IMG/VR virus record: IMGVR_UViG_3300028888_000001
DNA: 64,000 nt
Direction: 5' to 3' (one strand)
Source of the DNA: a virus
Lineage: Duplodnaviria; Caudoviricetes
Within the stretch, counting starts at the first letter, position 1; every line of letters begins with the position of its first letter. The position numbers and the translations under genes are program-made. Shown piece by piece: positions 20,890 through 31,379 of the stretch. The notes under the pieces were generated by a model. It saw only the letters and a program-made list of their open reading frames with translations, made no database searches and was not told the origin of the DNA.

Positions 20890-21537
20890 TTATGCTACCC
20901 GGGCAAATCTCCCGGGCTCAAATCTTTCAGGGATAGTGAAATTCTCATAGTATATCAGAAGCTGACCGTCCTCTACATTAAATGCTCTGACCTGCCTAAT
21001 TTTGTTTAAGCGTGTATCATAGACATCAATTCTGCCTTTATAATATCTCTTGGCTGCATAATCAACAAGATCTTGCGGGTTTTTAAAGTACTGTCTTCTG
21101 TCTTTCATAGAGATCACCTTATCTGAATATTTTGGATCTAATATTGAATAGTTTCTTTTATTTCTTTCTGCAGCTAGACTTTTTTCTGCTTCTGCAAGAA
21201 TATTGTCTATCTCTTCATCAGTCATATCATCGAAATCATCTTCTGCATCTTTTATAGATAATAATCCGTCTTCATCTTCATCAAAGTCATAAATGTCTTC
21301 TCCGATAAATAGATTACTAGCTAACTTTTTAAGAATTCCTTCTTTGTTTTTCTTTTTAGCTACTTTGGATTTCTCAATGTTTTTTCTTGGTTTCTTTTTA
21401 TTCTTTGTAGTAGCATCTTCGTGTTCCTGGATTTTCTTGTTCACCATATAACTACAATATGAAATTGTTGCTATGGTGAAAGAAACGTTGAATATCACCG
21501 CAATAAAAGCTACAATTATGAGATCTGCTGCTACCAT
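20890..21537 (-). CDS. Membrane-anchored hypothetical protein
   Basis: N-terminal TM helix, Lys-rich then Asp/Glu-rich segments. GGAGG RBS. Confidence 0.7.
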   Translation of the reverse strand: MVAADLIIVAFIAVIFNVSFTIATISYCSYMVNKKIQEHEDATTKNKKKPRKNIEKSKVAKKKNKEGILKKLASNLFIGEDIYDFDEDEDGLLSIKDAEDDFDDMTDEEIDNILAEAEKSLAAERNKRNYSILDPKYSDKVISMKDRRQYFKNPQDLVDYAAKRYYKGRIDVYDTRLNKIRQVRAFNVEDGQLLIYYENFTIPERFEPGRFARVA

Positions 21538-21568
21538 AATTAAACCTCCAATTAAAAATTAAAAACAA

Positions 21569-21594
21569 AGACGGAGGCTTGATAGCCTCCGTCT
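21569..21594 (-). terminator. Rho-independent terminator
   Basis: agacggaggct / agcctccgtct with a U-run on the minus strand. Confidence 0.75.
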
Positions 21595-21617
21595 CTTTTA
21601 ACAGCGTCTTATAATCT

Positions 21618-22466
21618 TTAATAATAGATAAACCCGTTCGCAAGCTGCATCTGCGGATTATCAGCAATCGCAAATTCAGCAACAGCTTTGGAATCAAACT
21701 GCTCGATATTCATCACAAATACATTGGAGTTAACCCACTTGACAAAGCGGGCCTCATACATGCATGCTGCTGTAAAATTCTCAGCATCATATCCGTCTGA
21801 AGTCTTGATTGTCTTGGTATACGTGATCATGTTCTCATCGAAGATCTTCTTCAAGATCAGACGAATATCGAAACAGCCATATACTCTGATCCAGAGTTCC
21901 CCAGCGCCAGGACGATACTGAGAATCACGTGCCGGAATCCATCTGCTCATGCAGCACTGCTTCCACTTGTTACTGTGCGGGTTATTGGACTTCTCGCCCT
22001 TCCCACCATACATGATTTCACTAAGCAGAACTTTAGTGTCATCATTAATTGTATAGATATTTCCAGACATCTTGTTCTGGAGCGCTTTGTTTTTCTGATA
22101 AATATTGGCTTCTTTGCCTACCTTGGTAAGATCATCGATATTTGTGATCTTTCCTTCTGGGCATTCAGCCATATTCTTTGTGAAATAGAAGTCCACGTTG
22201 AATGGGCTCTTCATTCCGGGCTGATACGCAATATACACGCCCCTAAGGTCGTGGAAAATCTTTTGGTAATACTCTCTGATGATAATGCTGAGCTGCTGGT
22301 TTGTCAGCCTCATGATATTACCAAACGATCTAAACGTATACGGGCTAAACTTTGCTGTTGCCTTGTTACTCAAGCGATCATAGATCACAAGGTCCTTGAG
22401 TGGGTTTCCATTACTGTCAACCCTAACGTCTACTACATTGTTAACTTTTGCTGCTACATCTGCCAT
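21618..22466 (-). CDS. Hypothetical protein (282 aa), probably highly expressed early
   Basis: AGGAGG RBS, TATATTATA at 22535-22543, its own terminator, and C-ending codon bias. Confidence 0.75.
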   Translation of the reverse strand: MADVAAKVNNVVDVRVDSNGNPLKDLVIYDRLSNKATAKFSPYTFRSFGNIMRLTNQQLSIIIREYYQKIFHDLRGVYIAYQPGMKSPFNVDFYFTKNMAECPEGKITNIDDLTKVGKEANIYQKNKALQNKMSGNIYTINDDTKVLLSEIMYGGKGEKSNNPHSNKWKQCCMSRWIPARDSQYRPGAGELWIRVYGCFDIRLILKKIFDENMITYTKTIKTSDGYDAENFTAACMYEARFVKWVNSNVFVMNIEQFDSKAVAEFAIADNPQMQLANGFIYY

Positions 22467-22591
22467 ATCGCAGTCCTCCTAAAAGTATATATTATATAAA
22501 GAGAAGCCATAAATGACTTCTCCTCATACACGTTTATAATATATAACCAAATTAGATTTTGGTTTATTATTTTGTACAGTTATTTTTATTT

Positions 22592-23089
22592 TTATACATT
22601 TTTATATTTAGACCAGAACTCAAGCGTATCATAGCTGTTATCTGTACCACTAGTTCTATTTTTGATTTTTTGTTCATCCCACTTTGCATCGTATTTTCTA
22701 GCAACTGCAGGATATAAGTGTGGTGATGGGAATGCTTCAGGAAACGCTTCAGCAAAATCAGTCGGTTTAATAATATATCCGACTGGAATCTTGCCATCGT
22801 TGTTGTTTAAAACAACATCCAGAATGTCAACCATAAACATCTGAATCTGTGCCGGTGTTTCTGCACACGATGCAAGCAAAACCAGCATATAATCTGGCAA
22901 TACTACATTTACGCCGCCCCATTCGAGTTTCTTTGTTAATACCTTAATAAGAAAATCATCATTAATTTCTTTGAAGTTATCATCTTTTGGATTGTATCCG
23001 GCTTTAGAAGATGCAATACTCCATCTGACAAATAATTTGGTTAAACTCTGCTCAAATTCAAGATCGTCTTCGCTCATCATTGTTTTCAT
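22592..23089 (-). CDS. Hypothetical protein (165 aa)
   Basis: AAGGAG RBS. Confidence 0.7.
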   Translation of the reverse strand: MKTMMSEDDLEFEQSLTKLFVRWSIASSKAGYNPKDDNFKEINDDFLIKVLTKKLEWGGVNVVLPDYMLVLLASCAETPAQIQMFMVDILDVVLNNNDGKIPVGYIIKPTDFAEAFPEAFPSPHLYPAVARKYDAKWDEQKIKNRTSGTDNSYDTLEFWSKYKNV

Positions 23090-23110
23090 TCTCCTTTAAT
23101 TATAGATATA

Positions 23111-24061
23111 TTAATTAGATACTTTCATTGCCCTAGCGATATCATCATCTACTGGGTAGTCTGCAGTTACGTTATATGTAATGAGATAGATCTTCTCATT
23201 CATATCTGAAACCATAATGTGTGAGTACGATACTATACTCCTAATATCGAGATCGTAATCATACTCAATAATCTTGATATTGTCGATATGCTTTCTTAAG
23301 ATATCTTCTAATCTAGCTTTCTGTTTGCTATTAAGAATGATATCATCATTAGCATCAAAAGATTCTTTACCTAGCACTATAGGAAAGTCTATTGGTACAA
23401 TACCAAATATGCTTCTATATGCATCCATAAAGCTATTCTCTTTAAGGAATTGCTCAAGAGACTCGCAATAGCCGTGTACGACATTAGAATTTTTCGACGA
23501 TAAGCCTTTAAAAACATCATCGAAAATTTTTGTCATATTGCCAACTAGCTTCATGATGTCATTTAATGTGTCATCACAATATAGATAAATGAGCATATCC
23601 GCTTCAACGTGATCAAACTCATATAGATCAGTCAAGCTCATATCAGGATCTATTAATGTATCTTTGGTTAAGCACTCACCCACAAAGACAACATTAAAAA
23701 ATCTATCTCCTACAAACATATTTTTAGCCTGAGATAGAGTATCTTGTCTCATAATTATAGCAAGTGAATCATCTAACTTCTCTGGATTTAAGCTATCTGT
23801 CCTGAATACTCTCACATACATATCATCATCGCCATTTTCATATTTAGTCCACATGATATGCAGTAAAGCATCGGGCTGAATCTCTACCATTGACTCGTTA
23901 ATTTCTTGCATTGTTTTTGTAAATATTTCTGTAGTGCCACATTTACAAAACGAAGCTGAATTTTCATTCTTAGCTCTCATCAATCTATATAGCGTTTTAT
24001 CATTATCGCTAAACTGCTCATAGATTTGATACTTACAACCGATTTTAAATTTACTTTTCAT
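23111..24061 (-). CDS. Hypothetical protein (316 aa)
   Basis: GGAGG RBS. Confidence 0.75.
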   Translation of the reverse strand: MKSKFKIGCKYQIYEQFSDNDKTLYRLMRAKNENSASFCKCGTTEIFTKTMQEINESMVEIQPDALLHIMWTKYENGDDDMYVRVFRTDSLNPEKLDDSLAIIMRQDTLSQAKNMFVGDRFFNVVFVGECLTKDTLIDPDMSLTDLYEFDHVEADMLIYLYCDDTLNDIMKLVGNMTKIFDDVFKGLSSKNSNVVHGYCESLEQFLKENSFMDAYRSIFGIVPIDFPIVLGKESFDANDDIILNSKQKARLEDILRKHIDNIKIIEYDYDLDIRSIVSYSHIMVSDMNEKIYLITYNVTADYPVDDDIARAMKVSN

Positions 24062-24140
24062 GATTATCCTCCATAAATTTTATTTATTATAATATTAAAT
24101 TAGATTTAATATTTAATAAACTTTTAAGATGACTAAAAAT

Positions 24141-24166
24141 CCACACTGGGGCTGATCCCAGTGTGG
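24141..24166 (-). terminator. Rho-independent terminator
   Basis: ccacactggg / cccagtgtgg with a U-run on the minus strand. Confidence 0.75.
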
Positions 24167-24172
24167 TGATTT

Positions 24173-25291
24173 TCACTCTATTAATATAGCTGCTTTAAAA
24201 TAAATATCATTAGTATCTATATCAGCTTCAGACAGATACGGATTATTAGCCATGTGTCTACAATAGTTATTTATGATACTACTATCTAGCTGCTGTTCTT
24301 GAGATTTAATCTTATAAATTATAGCTCTATTATGCAACTGATAGGTTTCATATATTGCAGAAACAACCTGAAACACTTTATAGTTAGCTGGGAATGTGAA
24401 AATGCCATCTTCATAAAGTGAAGTGAAATAGCCGTTCTCATTCTCTAGCATTAGAATATGGTTTCTAAGATTTCCAGTAACAAATATAGCGTAAATATTT
24501 GAATTGGCGTCCTCATCTAGTATTTTTGAATTGAGCTTAGTACCGTTTTCACTAACGCAAATATATAACGGAAAATATTCTGAATCTATATGAGCTTCAT
24601 TTAACGCATGTGGCGTATTTTTATATTGCTCAAATGTCTTAAAGTCATCATATTTATTTATTATGTCGCAGAAAGAATTCATCTCTTGTGTATAAATTCT
24701 TTCTATTCTATTTTTCGCTTTTTCTATATTGGACTCAGTCATTTCAACCTCTGGATTCCAACCTAAAGAAATAAGCTGAGTCTTAATATCATTTATCTCA
24801 TCTGGGTCTTCAGTGTCTCTTAATTTCAATTCAAGTTCTTTAATTTCTGTTCCATAATTAAAAGAATCTGCTTTGCATGAATCTGAGTGGTCGATACCAG
24901 TAGTATAATGCTCATTATAAATTAGAGCTGCTGGCATTTCTGTTATGGTAAAGTACGGGCAGTAGATATATTCCCATTTAAACGTGTTTTCTAATTTACG
25001 TCTTTCAGATAATTCTCTATTGATTTCATTTATAGCATATTTAGTATCTCTATATTCAGCAGCCGATTCTATCTCTGAAGAATAGTACCGCTCTAATACA
25101 GTTCTATTAAATACTAAATTAGATTCTGATAGTTGTGTAATTCGTTCCTTTGCTTGATAAATCTTGCCTGGGAATCTATTGAACCCTTCAAGCATAGTTG
25201 ATTCAGCAAATTGTTGTATTTTTTCTTCTAATTTTTTATCCATCAATTGCCTCCAATCTTTAAAATTATGAGAGGTATTGCTACCTCTCAT
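24173..25291 (-). CDS. Probable internal head protein; true start is probably the Met of MDKKLEE
   Basis: A GGAGG RBS precedes the internal ATG. Several x-x-E-[S/A/G] motifs. Confidence 0.45.
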   Translation of the reverse strand: MRGSNTSHNFKDWRQLMDKKLEEKIQQFAESTMLEGFNRFPGKIYQAKERITQLSESNLVFNRTVLERYYSSEIESAAEYRDTKYAINEINRELSERRKLENTFKWEYIYCPYFTITEMPAALIYNEHYTTGIDHSDSCKADSFNYGTEIKELELKLRDTEDPDEINDIKTQLISLGWNPEVEMTESNIEKAKNRIERIYTQEMNSFCDIINKYDDFKTFEQYKNTPHALNEAHIDSEYFPLYICVSENGTKLNSKILDEDANSNIYAIFVTGNLRNHILMLENENGYFTSLYEDGIFTFPANYKVFQVVSAIYETYQLHNRAIIYKIKSQEQQLDSSIINNYCRHMANNPYLSEADIDTNDIYFKAAILIE

Positions 25292-25310
25292 AATTATTAT
25301 ATATAATCAA

Positions 25311-28300
25311 TTAAATTATTGCTCTTATCATGTCTTCAGTTAGCATACTAGAAGAAGAAACAGATATAGATCTCTTACCGGTTAGATTATTATAGAAATA
25401 ATTACCGTCAAAGTCTTCTTTAATAGAAATAATTTCTTCTCCATTTAGTCTATATTTATTAACAAACTTAGGCTTTTTAGTTATAGCACTTTCAATAAAA
25501 GCAGCTCTAAAAGTTTTATATCCAAGACAATCTATAATGCTGTCTCTTAACGTTACCATCTCAGACATCACTTTCTGCTCAATCAAATTAAATTCAATCT
25601 TCCTGAAGTTTGGATCAAACTCAATCTGGTCTTCTGTAAGCATAAGCTTATCTGTTAATGCTGTGTATATATTAAATACTTTTGAGCCTTCTTTATAGTA
25701 TCTGTTGAGTCTATCTATATAAGCATAGTTACCTATAAACTCATAAGCCTCTATGATATTAAGATCTTTGGTTGGCTCTGTTTTAAGAGCACCATCGTCA
25801 TCTACAACCAAGCATCTATCTAAATTCATATCATTAGTATATACATAATGATCGCTAAGTAATTTTTCAGGATGTCTTGGATCACCAACTTTAATTAAAA
25901 ATGGTTTATGAATTCCTATAACTGGATTTATTGAAGCAAGAGAATTTTCTTTTAATTTTATAGAAGAATATAAAATATTATTCTCAAGCTTTAATGGATA
26001 TTGAACTGCCCATTCATATGCTCCAGATTCAGTAACATTAATTACACCAACCGGAACAAGCTTAGGCGGTGTCTTAGGTTCTGTAAATGCTCTAGCGTTA
26101 GTAAACACATACTCTGTGATTTCTAACGTATCATCATTAAACATAGTTCTTTCAATCATGCATCTAATACAATCATCTATGGATTTATAATATAGCTCTT
26201 CGTCCACTTCATTCGGATATTTCTTTTCAGAGATATACCACCATGTGATAGCACTTATAGGAACAGATTTAAATCCCTCATCATTTACAGCAATGAGAAT
26301 ATTATCATCAGCATTTTCAGGTATGCTTATTTGATTACCAAATATAATATTTGGAGTCTCTTCTTTATCGAACCTATAAGCATTTAAACCTACAGAAATT
26401 GCAGCTTCTACATTTTCTTGTTTATCATCAAAGAATATTGCTCTTGATGGATCAATCTCATATTTATTTAAAAATATAGTATACATTTCTCTATTTGGTT
26501 TTTGAATTTCTCCAAGCTCAAATGAGAAAACTCCTCCATCAAATTTATCAAGTAAAGGTCTAAAGAATGGCTCCTCAACCTCAAATGAGAACTTAGTCCA
26601 ATTTGATAGATAATATAGCTTATAACCTTTAGATCTAAGCATGTCAAGCATATCATATACGTAAGGATATACATACATAGCTTCTCTAAATGTGGCTAAG
26701 ATACTGTCTACATATGGTTTAATATGGTCAGGAGCAACATCATTTAATTTTACTCTAATTTGTTGTAAATTAAGCTGTTGCGTTTCTGAGCTATTGGCGC
26801 TATAGAAGCATTCTTTATCTATAAGGTCTTTAATCTCTTCACATAATTCATTTGGTATATCTGGATTATCGATTAAGGCTTTTAAACTATGCGCATCCAC
26901 AAGCACATTGCCCATATCGAATATTATAGTATCAACAGAATCTGGAATGATACTAATAATAGCGCCCTCAGATAAATACTTATAACACTGAGTTGTTTCT
27001 GGTATTTTAATATCATATTTCTTGGCTGCCGCTTTGATTCTCTTAGCTAAGCGTTTCTTCTTATCTTCTTGAGCATGACCAAAAAGATGTATAGCTGATT
27101 TAACATGCTTAGCTGAATCTAATGGAAATTTTCTATCTTCCGGAATTCCAAAAGCTGAATCTGGCAACTCTGAACGCTTAGTTTCTAATATGGCAGATTC
27201 TTCTTTAAGCATTAAATCAACAAAGTATTTTCTAAATTTCTTTAATTTAGATTCTCCCTTAAACCACATTCCTGGATCAAGAAATTCTGGTTGCTTATCT
27301 CTCTTGCAAGCTCTATAAAGAGAAACGACCATAGAAGTTCCCTTAATATATACAGCATAATTTTTAAGATCTTCAGGTTTAAGGAATAAATAAATCCAAA
27401 TTCCTTCAAGAACAAATTTAGTGTTTTTATGCTTCTTAGCATACTCTATAGTATAATTAACAAAATCATTTATTAACGATTCTTCATAATTAATAGTCTT
27501 AAATTCTTTTGAATCATTTAATTCGTCTGCAGTGAGATAGTATTTCTTATATTTTGGTTCTGTAAAGAAATTAGACACAAGTGGGCCAAATTCATTTTTA
27601 AAATCTTCTATAGTATGATATTCTTTATTCCAGATGATATCATCAAGTTCAACCACTACAGCTTTATTATTATATTTTCTACCCATAGTAGATTTACCAG
27701 AACCAGATTGTCCTGTAATAAAGCATATATTAGTCAAACCTTTATCGAATTTTTCTTTATTATAATAAATATCATCTTTATTAAAGATATAACCTTCAGA
27801 TACATTATTAGAAGCTTCCAAATATAACGCTGCTTCATCAGATTGTGTTTTTTCTTGAATTATATCATTTACTTGCTCAAGCTTAATAGTTTTATTATCC
27901 TCGACATTTTTAAGAATATAATTCGATGAGCCCATACCGAGCCATTTCATATACTCGATCTGATGTGTGCCACCAAGCTTAGAAATTTGCTCCATTAAAT
28001 CTTTATTTCCAGGAGCATTTCTAATAAAATCTAATGACGCTTGTTCTATGGCAAGAATATCCGTAGATACTAAAACGCCTATATTGGGAATAGTACTTTT
28101 AGGAGCATCTTTATCACAGTCGCACATTGTAGATAGATTTTGTAATACGTTTACATAAACTATTCTATTGTCAAACATCGATTCTATAGCAGAAGCAGAT
28201 TCTACTAAACGCTCTAAGAATAATGGGCCTCGAATCCAATCTTCACCATGAATTTGAATTTTTCCTTTAGCGCCTGTAGGAATACCCATTCCGATATTCT

Positions 28301-30623
28301 TTACAGCGCCACCATATCCAGCAACGCCGTGACCTTTAAAATGAGTATAGACGATCATACTATCATAATTCTTTATATGAGCACCCACATTAATTTCTGA
28401 TAAATGTCTTCCTGGGGTGACGCATGATTCGTAACCAGGTTTTCCATTAGCTAGAGCTCTAAGTTCTTGATCTATTAGATATTTTTTAGGAACGCTAATA
28501 TCTATACCACCATCAGCATCCAGTATATCGATATATCCAAAATCAAAGCCATGTTCTCTAGCAGTATTTATATGATCTTGAGTTGTTCCTCTAGTAGAGC
28601 CCTCATAAGCAGTATTAGAATCAACTAAAGCACCGTTAGTGTATTTAACTAAGTCTTTAAGAAGATTAGGATTTAAGAAATTCTTATTGCCAGATTCGCC
28701 AAAATGTAATTTTATGGCAATTCTGTCTCCAAGATAATCTTGGAATAATGAAACCATATATGCTATAGTTTTAGAATCAATACTTGAAGAATAATACACT
28801 ATAGGCTTTTCTTTAGGATTATATGCTTCTTTAAGAAGTTTAATCCTATCTAGTATAGCAGATTCTCCATAACCAGTGTTAAAATTCCACTCGTTATCTT
28901 TAACAAGCTCCTCTTTATGATCTATCAGATATTTTAACGTTACTGGCTTATTGTTATAAAACATCGGATATACGTTTATATTTCTTTTTCCATCTGTGGT
29001 GTTATATTTTCTGATATTATGTATATGCCCATGAATATTCCACCAATCTTCTGGATACGTATCCATATTTACCGGTCTATGAGTAAACAGATAATTCCTC
29101 CAAGTAAAGTCTTCTAATACATAATCAAATCCACACTTTGTAAAGTAATCTTGTCCTAGCATCTTATCATGATTACCAAGAACAAAAATCTTATGACCAG
29201 CAATAGAAGCCATAAACTCTTGAGACTTTTTCTGATCTTCTTGGTTAGCATATCTAAAACTCAAATCACCAAGATATATAAACACATCTTCAGGCTTTAT
29301 ATTTTGCTTGCACCACTTAAGAATTTCTTGCGTGTTTACATAATTAGCCTCGTGCTTATAATGATTTTTGAAGAAATGCCAATCTGACGTTAGGAATATA
29401 CGATCTAACGGAGTGTTATCTAATAATGAAGTGATATCCGGTTTATATGATTCCATATCCGGCAATTCAAATTCTATTTCAGAAGATGACTTTTTAGTAT
29501 TCTTCAATGGATCATAAATATTGCCAGCATAAAGCTCGTCGTCTTCTATATCTAAACCAACATCAAAGGCTTCTAAATTAATAGATGCCTTATTTTTTTC
29601 TCCGTGCAACTTTAAGTCATCTCCTTTACTGTAAAATGCTCGCTCTAATGATTCATAATCTTTATTCATTAAATCATATACGATATTTTGAGTAAATAGT
29701 ACACTCCTCATCCCAATAAGGTTAGCCATTTCTATGCTAGGCTCTTGGTCATCTATAAGAATAGTATTATTTATACTGAGATTGTATCTATTCAATAGTC
29801 TATTTAAAAATTTATAATTTGGTTTGCTCATATTTTCTTTGAAAGAGAATAATCCTCCATCAAAATATTTATCTAAGAATTTAAATAAACCATTCATTCT
29901 ACAAATTTCATATGAGCTTCGAGTCCAGTTTGATAAATAATATAGTTTATAACCTTTAGACTTAAGGTTTTCCAGTAATGGTATAGTATAATCGAATAAT
30001 GTTTTGCTTCCAGAAGCAAAATCAAATAAGCTCTTTATAAACTCATAACTAAAACCATAAGAGTCCATAGCTTTAATATAGTTTCTAAGTGCTATATCAT
30101 ATGGTATACTATCATTATTATATACTATCTTATAATATATACTAAGATATTCTCTAAGCTGTTCTTCTGTAATTTTTAATTTTCTTAATAGAGACTCTGG
30201 ATTAGCTCTATTCTTGATTAAAACTCCACCTAGATCGAATATGATATTATAAATTCTATTATCATACTCATCCATAAAAGATTCATCGATTACATTTCTA
30301 TATTCCCATTCAAAGCCAGTTGTTCCATTATCAACAAATTTTATTTTCCCAAATTTCTTGACTCTTATAGTATCTATAAATTTAACTTTACCTTCGGTCA
30401 TACTATTTGGAAAGATTTTATTTTTGTCTATATCATAAAGAATATAAACAAATAATTCATCACCAACATAAATATTTCTGTATTCTTTTATAGCAAGCTC
30501 GACTGAAGTAAATAAATAATTATTACAATCTGTTGGCGATAATGTTAGATTTACACTATCTTTTGAAGATAGATAATAATATCTAAAAGTATCTACCCTA
30601 GATTCATGTGTGTTGGATAACAT
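25311..30623 (-). CDS. Multi-enzyme polyvalent protein: HAD phosphatase, calcineurin-like phosphoesterase, DUF362, P-loop kinase-like, DUF6582-like, second HAD phosphatase
   Basis: IIFDLGGVL..YYLSN..KP..LIDD; TSDWHF/LGDLS/LGNHD/THRP/IHGHIH; AIKLHFGE/THFKGH..AGYGGAVKNIGMG/CDC; ITGQSGSGKST; KRSELPDSAFGIP..RKFPL...HVKSAI; IIFDMGNVL..YYLSN..KP..FFDD. Confidence 0.85.
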   Translation of the reverse strand: MLSNTHESRVDTFRYYYLSSKDSVNLTLSPTDCNNYLFTSVELAIKEYRNIYVGDELFVYILYDIDKNKIFPNSMTEGKVKFIDTIRVKKFGKIKFVDNGTTGFEWEYRNVIDESFMDEYDNRIYNIIFDLGGVLIKNRANPESLLRKLKITEEQLREYLSIYYKIVYNNDSIPYDIALRNYIKAMDSYGFSYEFIKSLFDFASGSKTLFDYTIPLLENLKSKGYKLYYLSNWTRSSYEICRMNGLFKFLDKYFDGGLFSFKENMSKPNYKFLNRLLNRYNLSINNTILIDDQEPSIEMANLIGMRSVLFTQNIVYDLMNKDYESLERAFYSKGDDLKLHGEKNKASINLEAFDVGLDIEDDELYAGNIYDPLKNTKKSSSEIEFELPDMESYKPDITSLLDNTPLDRIFLTSDWHFFKNHYKHEANYVNTQEILKWCKQNIKPEDVFIYLGDLSFRYANQEDQKKSQEFMASIAGHKIFVLGNHDKMLGQDYFTKCGFDYVLEDFTWRNYLFTHRPVNMDTYPEDWWNIHGHIHNIRKYNTTDGKRNINVYPMFYNNKPVTLKYLIDHKEELVKDNEWNFNTGYGESAILDRIKLLKEAYNPKEKPIVYYSSSIDSKTIAYMVSLFQDYLGDRIAIKLHFGESGNKNFLNPNLLKDLVKYTNGALVDSNTAYEGSTRGTTQDHINTAREHGFDFGYIDILDADGGIDISVPKKYLIDQELRALANGKPGYESCVTPGRHLSEINVGAHIKNYDSMIVYTHFKGHGVAGYGGAVKNIGMGIPTGAKGKIQIHGEDWIRGPLFLERLVESASAIESMFDNRIVYVNVLQNLSTMCDCDKDAPKSTIPNIGVLVSTDILAIEQASLDFIRNAPGNKDLMEQISKLGGTHQIEYMKWLGMGSSNYILKNVEDNKTIKLEQVNDIIQEKTQSDEAALYLEASNNVSEGYIFNKDDIYYNKEKFDKGLTNICFITGQSGSGKSTMGRKYNNKAVVVELDDIIWNKEYHTIEDFKNEFGPLVSNFFTEPKYKKYYLTADELNDSKEFKTINYEESLINDFVNYTIEYAKKHKNTKFVLEGIWIYLFLKPEDLKNYAVYIKGTSMVVSLYRACKRDKQPEFLDPGMWFKGESKLKKFRKYFVDLMLKEESAILETKRSELPDSAFGIPEDRKFPLDSAKHVKSAIHLFGHAQEDKKKRLAKRIKAAAKKYDIKIPETTQCYKYLSEGAIISIIPDSVDTIIFDMGNVLVDAHSLKALIDNPDIPNELCEEIKDLIDKECFYSANSSETQQLNLQQIRVKLNDVAPDHIKPYVDSILATFREAMYVYPYVYDMLDMLRSKGYKLYYLSNWTKFSFEVEEPFFRPLLDKFDGGVFSFELGEIQKPNREMYTIFLNKYEIDPSRAIFFDDKQENVEAAISVGLNAYRFDKEETPNIIFGNQISIPENADDNILIAVNDEGFKSVPISAITWWYISEKKYPNEVDEELYYKSIDDCIRCMIERTMFNDDTLEITEYVFTNARAFTEPKTPPKLVPVGVINVTESGAYEWAVQYPLKLENNILYSSIKLKENSLASINPVIGIHKPFLIKVGDPRHPEKLLSDHYVYTNDMNLDRCLVVDDDGALKTEPTKDLNIIEAYEFIGNYAYIDRLNRYYKEGSKVFNIYTALTDKLMLTEDQIEFDPNFRKIEFNLIEQKVMSEMVTLRDSIIDCLGYKTFRAAFIESAITKKPKFVNKYRLNGEEIISIKEDFDGNYFYNNLTGKRSISVSSSSMLTEDMIRAII

Positions 30624-30656
30624 AATAGTCTCCTTATCTACAGTTATAGTTTAAAA

Positions 30657-30670
30657 TTTATTTTAATGTC
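30657..30670 (-). promoter_or_regulatory. Putative late promoter GACA-N6-TAAA
   Basis: Minus strand gaca ttaaaa taaa upstream of the 1770-aa gene. Confidence 0.5.
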
Positions 30671-30719
30671 GAGCAGACAATAATTTAGAGGAGGCTATTA
30701 AAGCCTCCCCATTTTATTT

Positions 30720-31379
30720 TTAACTCATACCGTCATCGCCATCTACAACACCATCATCTTGAATGGCTTCATCCGTCTCTGCATTTTCTATATTATAATC
30801 TGGCATTGCGTCAGCAATAAGCTCTTTGTCTTCTTCGCTCATCTCAGCTTCAGGAAGATCTTTCTTCTCAGTTGCTGATGCGTCTGGATTCACACCTTCA
30901 TAACCTTCATTTTCAAGTTTAGCTCTAGCTTCTTCATCGCTATAAGCGTCTACATCAAAATCAGGGTCTGGTTCATAATCCCATGGTTCTGTTTTCATTC
31001 TTACTTCTTCAACAGCATCACTGAGTTTGGTATAATAAACATCTACAAATCTCATGATCTGCTCATGAGTAATATCTGTATAGTTTAATCTACCATAGAA
31101 TAAATCTAATAGAAATTGTTTAATATCAAGATAATCTCTGTTGTCCCTAAAATCAGCCATTATATTTGTGATGAAATTTTCATATGACTGAACGAAATAA
31201 GTCTGATCACTTGTGCGCATTTCATTACTAAATATAGTTCTAGTAATAGAAATACAATGTCTAAGTAATCTTGCTCCTTTAGCTCTTAGCACTGTAGCGT
31301 TCTCTAGACAAATTCTTAGAAAATCGGACCCCCATGGAATTTCATCTTCAGGAATATTTCTATTAATAATATGAGCCAT
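30720..31379 (-). CDS. Acidic hypothetical protein (219 aa)
   Basis: GGAGG RBS. Late-promoter motif at 31406-31419. Confidence 0.75.
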   Translation of the reverse strand: MAHIINRNIPEDEIPWGSDFLRICLENATVLRAKGARLLRHCISITRTIFSNEMRTSDQTYFVQSYENFITNIMADFRDNRDYLDIKQFLLDLFYGRLNYTDITHEQIMRFVDVYYTKLSDAVEEVRMKTEPWDYEPDPDFDVDAYSDEEARAKLENEGYEGVNPDASATEKKDLPEAEMSEEDKELIADAMPDYNIENAETDEAIQDDGVVDGDDGMS

